Virus record (IMG/VR): IMGVR_UViG_3300029448_008324
Location: 44,412-108,411 of that record
Source of the DNA: a virus
Strand: one strand, 5' to 3'
Length of the DNA: 64,000 nt
The notes beneath the pieces were generated by a model. The model was given only the letters and a program-made list of their open reading frames with translations. It did not search any database and was not told the origin of the DNA. The translations under genes and the position numbers were made by a program. Positions 60,014 through 64,000 of the stretch are shown one piece after another (the first letter of the stretch is position 1; each line of letters starts with the position of its first letter).

Positions 60014-60937
60014 CTAGGAAGCAGTGACTGAGGTCACTGTGTGGTTTTCGTGATACCAACGACCTTTGACCAAAATAGTGAATTCATTCAAGGAAAACAC
60101 CACCATCTTGGAGGCATCTTCTGTGCTGATGTCAATCACATCTGATGACCATACCATCATGCTGGAGTCAATCACATAGGTGCCAGGACCTTGCCATGCT
60201 TCTTCTTCCATGACGCCTTGTTTAATGTTGATGGCATCAGTTGAGGAATCTAAATCTCTGATGGTTGCTGCCTGATCCTGATAGGTGGCATAGTCTGCAT
60301 CCACCTGTGTGCGGTCGGGTGCTCTCACCAATCGATAGGTGTGTTGTGCTGTGCTGTCCCACAGGATGTCTCCTGTATCACCCAACTGTTCAAACCAAAG
60401 ATCTCCATCTGTGGTTTTGGTGAAAGTCATGCGCCATTCTCCTTGGTGATCCGTCACAATGTTGGGTCTGTAGAATATGTCATGGATGTCATAGGATGAA
60501 TCATTGGCGTACATGTCTCCCCACCACACATAGTCATGTGGTTGATGATTGTGCAGAGCCAACATCTGACGCAGTGGTGAATCAGTCTGTAGCACCTGTT
60601 GATCAAAATCATACTGAGTGGCACACACCAAATGACCGTCCACAAACATTTGATCCACACACACATCTGTCTGTGCAATGGGCGACTTCTGTGGCACCAC
60701 TGCAATGGTGTGCGTGCCCACTGTGAGATCAGCATCAAATTCTAGATAACTGGGTGTGTCTGTGAGTGTGATGGCGTGTTTGGTCTCTCCATCCAACTTA
60801 ATAGAAACTGAAACATCCTGTTGAGCCAACAGTTCTGTGGAAGAATCTGGGTGTGTCTCTCTAGCGCCTTGATAGGCAGTGGAATCTGTGTTCTCCACAA
60901 TGTGTCGTTTGGATATGGTGAATCGATAGGTTGTCAT
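60014..60937 (-). CDS. Late protein with six DS[S/T] motifs
   Basis: TAAATA copies at 60956-60967 (-); beta-rich acidic protein. Confidence 0.7.
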   Translation of the reverse strand: MTTYRFTISKRHIVENTDSTAYQGARETHPDSSTELLAQQDVSVSIKLDGETKHAITLTDTPSYLEFDADLTVGTHTIAVVPQKSPIAQTDVCVDQMFVDGHLVCATQYDFDQQVLQTDSPLRQMLALHNHQPHDYVWWGDMYANDSSYDIHDIFYRPNIVTDHQGEWRMTFTKTTDGDLWFEQLGDTGDILWDSTAQHTYRLVRAPDRTQVDADYATYQDQAATIRDLDSSTDAINIKQGVMEEEAWQGPGTYVIDSSMMVWSSDVIDISTEDASKMVVFSLNEFTILVKGRWYHENHTVTSVTAS

Positions 60938-60976
60938 TTGTGCTGCCTTGTGCAGTATTTATATTTAAATATGCAT

Positions 60977-61534
60977 ATGCCCACGCAACAATTGATTGTG
61001 GCCACACAACGCACCAATGCCACACAACATGACCTTTGGCGTTATGCTGTGATACTGCCATTCGACATGGAGTCAGGCACCATGGGATTCATCATGAATC
61101 AGAACGTGGCCAATCTTAATCACTCTGATGTCACTGCACTCTACAAGGTTGGCACAGTGCCTCAGTCACGCATTTGGTGTGGCGGACCACAGATGACTGA
61201 CCGTTGCACAGTGTTGCACTCAGCTGACTATGCCAACAAAGACACCAGACCAGTTTCAGACCAAGCATCAGTGACCTTCAATCGCAAGATCATGACAGAC
61301 ATCAACACCGGCCAAGGCCCTCAACACTACAAGATCATGTTGGGATTCTGTCAGTGGGAGTCAGGACAGTTGGATGCTGAACTCACACGTGGCATATGGC
61401 ACCAAACTGATTGGCGTGTGTCTGTGTGGTCATCCTACAAACGCAAAGACAAGATGTGGCGCAGGATCATTCAATCAGAATCCACCACAGCATCACAACA
61501 GTTCATTGACACTGTGTGGAGTGCATCACCATGA
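60977..61534 (+). CDS. YqgE/AlgH (DUF179) family protein
   Basis: GTMGFIMN, WCGGP, VLHS, LGFCQWESGQLDAEL..G.W. Confidence 0.82.
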   Translation: MPTQQLIVATQRTNATQHDLWRYAVILPFDMESGTMGFIMNQNVANLNHSDVTALYKVGTVPQSRIWCGGPQMTDRCTVLHSADYANKDTRPVSDQASVTFNRKIMTDINTGQGPQHYKIMLGFCQWESGQLDAELTRGIWHQTDWRVSVWSSYKRKDKMWRRIIQSESTTASQQFIDTVWSASP

Positions 61535-62709
61535 ACATTGCCATGATTGGCCTAGGCAAGTTGGGACTGCCTGTGGCAGAAGTGATGGCACAGCATCATG
61601 ATGTGCGAGGCTATGATGTTGATGTCAACATTCAATCCACATCAGTGGCCATCAAACTGTCATGGGCCGAAGCTGTGAAACATGCACAGATCATATTTGT
61701 GGCAGTGCCCACACCACATGCACCAGAATACGGAGGCGAAACACCTTCATCACATCTGAAGCCCAAAGATTTTGACTACACCGCACTGAGATCAGCACTG
61801 ATCAACATCCGCACATGGGCTCCTGCCACTGCCCTCATTGTGAACATCAGCACAGTGTTGCCCGGCACCCTGAGACCCATGATCACTGAATTGGGACTCT
61901 CACACAGATTCTGCTACAATCCCTACCTCATTGCCATGGGCACTGTGGCTCAAGACTTCATACATCCTGACATCATGATGTTGGGATTCGATTGTTGGCC
62001 CACTGCACAGCATCAATCACAGGCTCGCACACTCACAGAATTCTACAACTCCATACAGCACAACAACAAACACATCACTGTGGGCACATGGGAAGAAGCA
62101 GAATGCATCAAGATATTCCACAACACCTACATTTCAGCCAAAGTGACCATTGCCAACATGATTCAGGATGTCACACAATCAATTGGACATGCCAATCCCA
62201 CTGTGATTGCAGAATCACTGCGTCATGCTGACCGCATTGTGTCATCACAATACATGGAACCTGGCATGGGTGATGGCGGACCTTGTCATCCCAGAGACAA
62301 CATTGCCCTCAGTTGGCTGGCTGAACAACTGAATCTGGGATATGATCTATTCCATGACATCATGAAAGCCAGAGAACAACAGGCTGCAAAAGTGGCAGAT
62401 GCACTGTGTCAACATCACCTGCCCATCATCATCATGGGTCGTGCATTCAAACCCAACACTGATCTCACTGATGGATCCACAGCAGAGTTGGTGGCACACT
62501 ACTGTGAGACTGCACATGACCGCACAGTGACCTATGATGCTGTGAGTGATCAACCTGCGGTGTATCTGCTGGCACATGATCGTGACTATGATGCCACATG
62601 GGCGCCTGGTTCTGTGATCATTGACATGTACAGACGACACCCACGTGATGCCAAAGATGTCACCGTGCTGTGGTATGGAGTGAGAGACGCGGAGCCGCCG
62701 CCGCAATAG
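61531..62709 (+). CDS. UDP-glucose/GDP-mannose dehydrogenase family
   Basis: GLGKLG, VAVPTP, STVLPGT, GDGGPCHPRD, AFKPNTD. Confidence 0.9.
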   Translation: MNIAMIGLGKLGLPVAEVMAQHHDVRGYDVDVNIQSTSVAIKLSWAEAVKHAQIIFVAVPTPHAPEYGGETPSSHLKPKDFDYTALRSALINIRTWAPATALIVNISTVLPGTLRPMITELGLSHRFCYNPYLIAMGTVAQDFIHPDIMMLGFDCWPTAQHQSQARTLTEFYNSIQHNNKHITVGTWEEAECIKIFHNTYISAKVTIANMIQDVTQSIGHANPTVIAESLRHADRIVSSQYMEPGMGDGGPCHPRDNIALSWLAEQLNLGYDLFHDIMKAREQQAAKVADALCQHHLPIIIMGRAFKPNTDLTDGSTAELVAHYCETAHDRTVTYDAVSDQPAVYLLAHDRDYDATWAPGSVIIDMYRRHPRDAKDVTVLWYGVRDAEPPPQ

Positions 62710-62804
62710 AGCGTAGCGATAGCCGTAACGTTGCGACAGATTTTGATCCTTTGGCCTTGAGAGTTGCACCAAGTCTGACAAGGTGGTAATTACTGTGTAT
62801 CAAA

Positions 62805-63116
62805 ATGGCCTGTGCAATCTGTGACTGCGACAATCATCCTAATGACATATGCCCAACATGTGTGACGTGCATTGGTGATCACTCAATCACAGCAGACTAT
62901 GATGCAGTACACACAGAGTACATTGATCGTGATGGAGTAACACGAGTTATTCAGTATGCGGAAGAAGATGATGTGGAAGAATGCACAGTGGTGCGAACAA
63001 AACCACACTATGTGTACTCTGCACGCACAGGTGAACTCACCCTGGTTGAGTCTACACACAGTACACAAGAGGCTGATGTAGACTGGGACCTGATTGCTGA
63101 TGCATTTGGCCTGTGA
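62805..63116 (+). CDS. Hypothetical protein with Cys-rich N-terminus
   Basis: CAICDCDNHPNDICPTCVTC; acidic remainder. Confidence 0.55.
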   Translation: MACAICDCDNHPNDICPTCVTCIGDHSITADYDAVHTEYIDRDGVTRVIQYAEEDDVEECTVVRTKPHYVYSARTGELTLVESTHSTQEADVDWDLIADAFGL

Positions 63117-63327
63117 TCAAAAGGGTCCTACAGACCAAAAAAATACACCGTGCAATTTTTAGTATATGCTTAATCTATCTGAGGTGGTGATTTCTTACCT
63201 ATACCCACTGCTAAAATGCAGGCTAGCCATTTCAAAAACCATGTTTGTGTTGTGTGTGTATTATGCCCCTCGCCTGCTGAAATTGATCACCTCACCTCGA
63301 GGCCACACTAGCTAGCCGATCGATAGC

Positions 63328-63513
63328 CTATATACTAGTTCGAGTCTGATCAGTGTGTGTCACAGTCTTCACCACAGCCATGTGCCAACTGGCCACCTCT
63401 GTATACAAATACATTAAGGCTGCATCTGCTGATTGAAAGGATGGAGTCAACAGTCTTCTAGTGGAGTGTGCAGTTTGATAAGCCACAGCATATGCCCGAA
63501 GATGCATTACCAT
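63328..63513 (-). CDS. Small hypothetical protein
   Basis: Overlaps the stop of 63507..63749. Confidence 0.4.
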   Translation of the reverse strand: MVMHLRAYAVAYQTAHSTRRLLTPSFQSADAALMYLYTEVASWHMAVVKTVTHTDQTRTSI

Positions 63514-63749
63514 TGTCCCACATGATCCACAATGACAATGCCCTGGTCTCCTGTGTGATAGATGTCAGTGCCATATTGATCCCACAATCTCTGCATGTCT
63601 TGTTCTGAGTGTATGTGTATCTTGGTGTAGTCACCGTCAGTGGTGACCAAGTCTGCCAATGCTTCTAAGCGTTCTTCATGTGTTCGTAGTTTCTTGGCTT
63701 GGTCCACGGCTGCCAAGCGTTCTGTGTGTGTTTGTGTTTGTGTGTTCAT
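63507..63749 (-). CDS. Hypothetical early protein
   Basis: Promoter TTGACT-16-TATACT (63783-63756) ends 6 nt before ATG. Confidence 0.65.
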   Translation of the reverse strand: MNTQTQTHTERLAAVDQAKKLRTHEERLEALADLVTTDGDYTKIHIHSEQDMQRLWDQYGTDIYHTGDQGIVIVDHVGQW

Positions 63750-64000
63750 GTGTATAGTATATACGGGATTACCAAACAGTCAACCCCAGAGGCGAAGCCG
63801 AACAGTAATAATATATTACCCAGGCTGCCGGGACTACATCTAGTGCCCCCACTGTGAGGCATGGTTGTGGTTATGATGATCCCCGGATGATGTACCAAGA
63901 CTATATGTAGTGTGTGCCGGCTATAATGCGAAGGTCACAATGCACCAGGCCAGGCACCAGTGATACCACCTTGCTTGATTATGCTTGGTCTTCATGTTGA

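Noticed and set aside
60821-60976. N-terminal extension of the YqgE ORF in the track
   Set aside because: Overlaps the divergent gene and promoter; family similarity starts near 60977.
63721-63746. TG-rich microsatellite-like run
   Set aside because: Encodes NTQTQTHTE at the start of the minus-strand gene; consistent with local composition.

Overview
This window is 64 kb of a large, AT-rich, T4-like (myovirus-type) bacteriophage genome read in the standard code. The host is most likely a marine alphaproteobacterium, possibly SAR11-like; this is inferred from host-like NCS2 permease, HIG1, FdxA, SufB, KdsA and YqgE genes. Core genes are terminase, gp32 SSB, UvsX, UvsY, UvsW, primase, gp41/DnaB helicase, a Dam-like methylase, two differently truncated DnaE (PolIII-alpha)-like genes and several late/virion genes. 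Most of the rest is a large biosynthetic accessory set. It includes about 12 glycosyltransferase-like genes (two 4-member paralogue families among them), NDP-sugar epimerases and dehydrogenases, RmlC, a ColD-like dehydratase, KdsA, AsnB-like amidotransferases, an amidinotransferase, a methyltransferase, 2OG-Fe(II) oxygenases, five radical SAM enzymes, and Fe-S/redox support genes (SufB, two ferredoxins, peroxiredoxin). There are three canonical tRNAs, one aberrant tRNA-like gene and one tRNA 3'-half. The leading hypothesis (inference) is a phage-encoded virion O-glycosylation/decoration system whose acceptors are late proteins strongly enriched in D-S-[S/T] motifs. Other notable signals are pervasive leaderless transcription, AGGC repeats shared by the gp32 and dnaE leaders, and a palindrome-dense convergence site near 63.3 kb. 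All family calls come from motif recognition by eye; no database searches were run.
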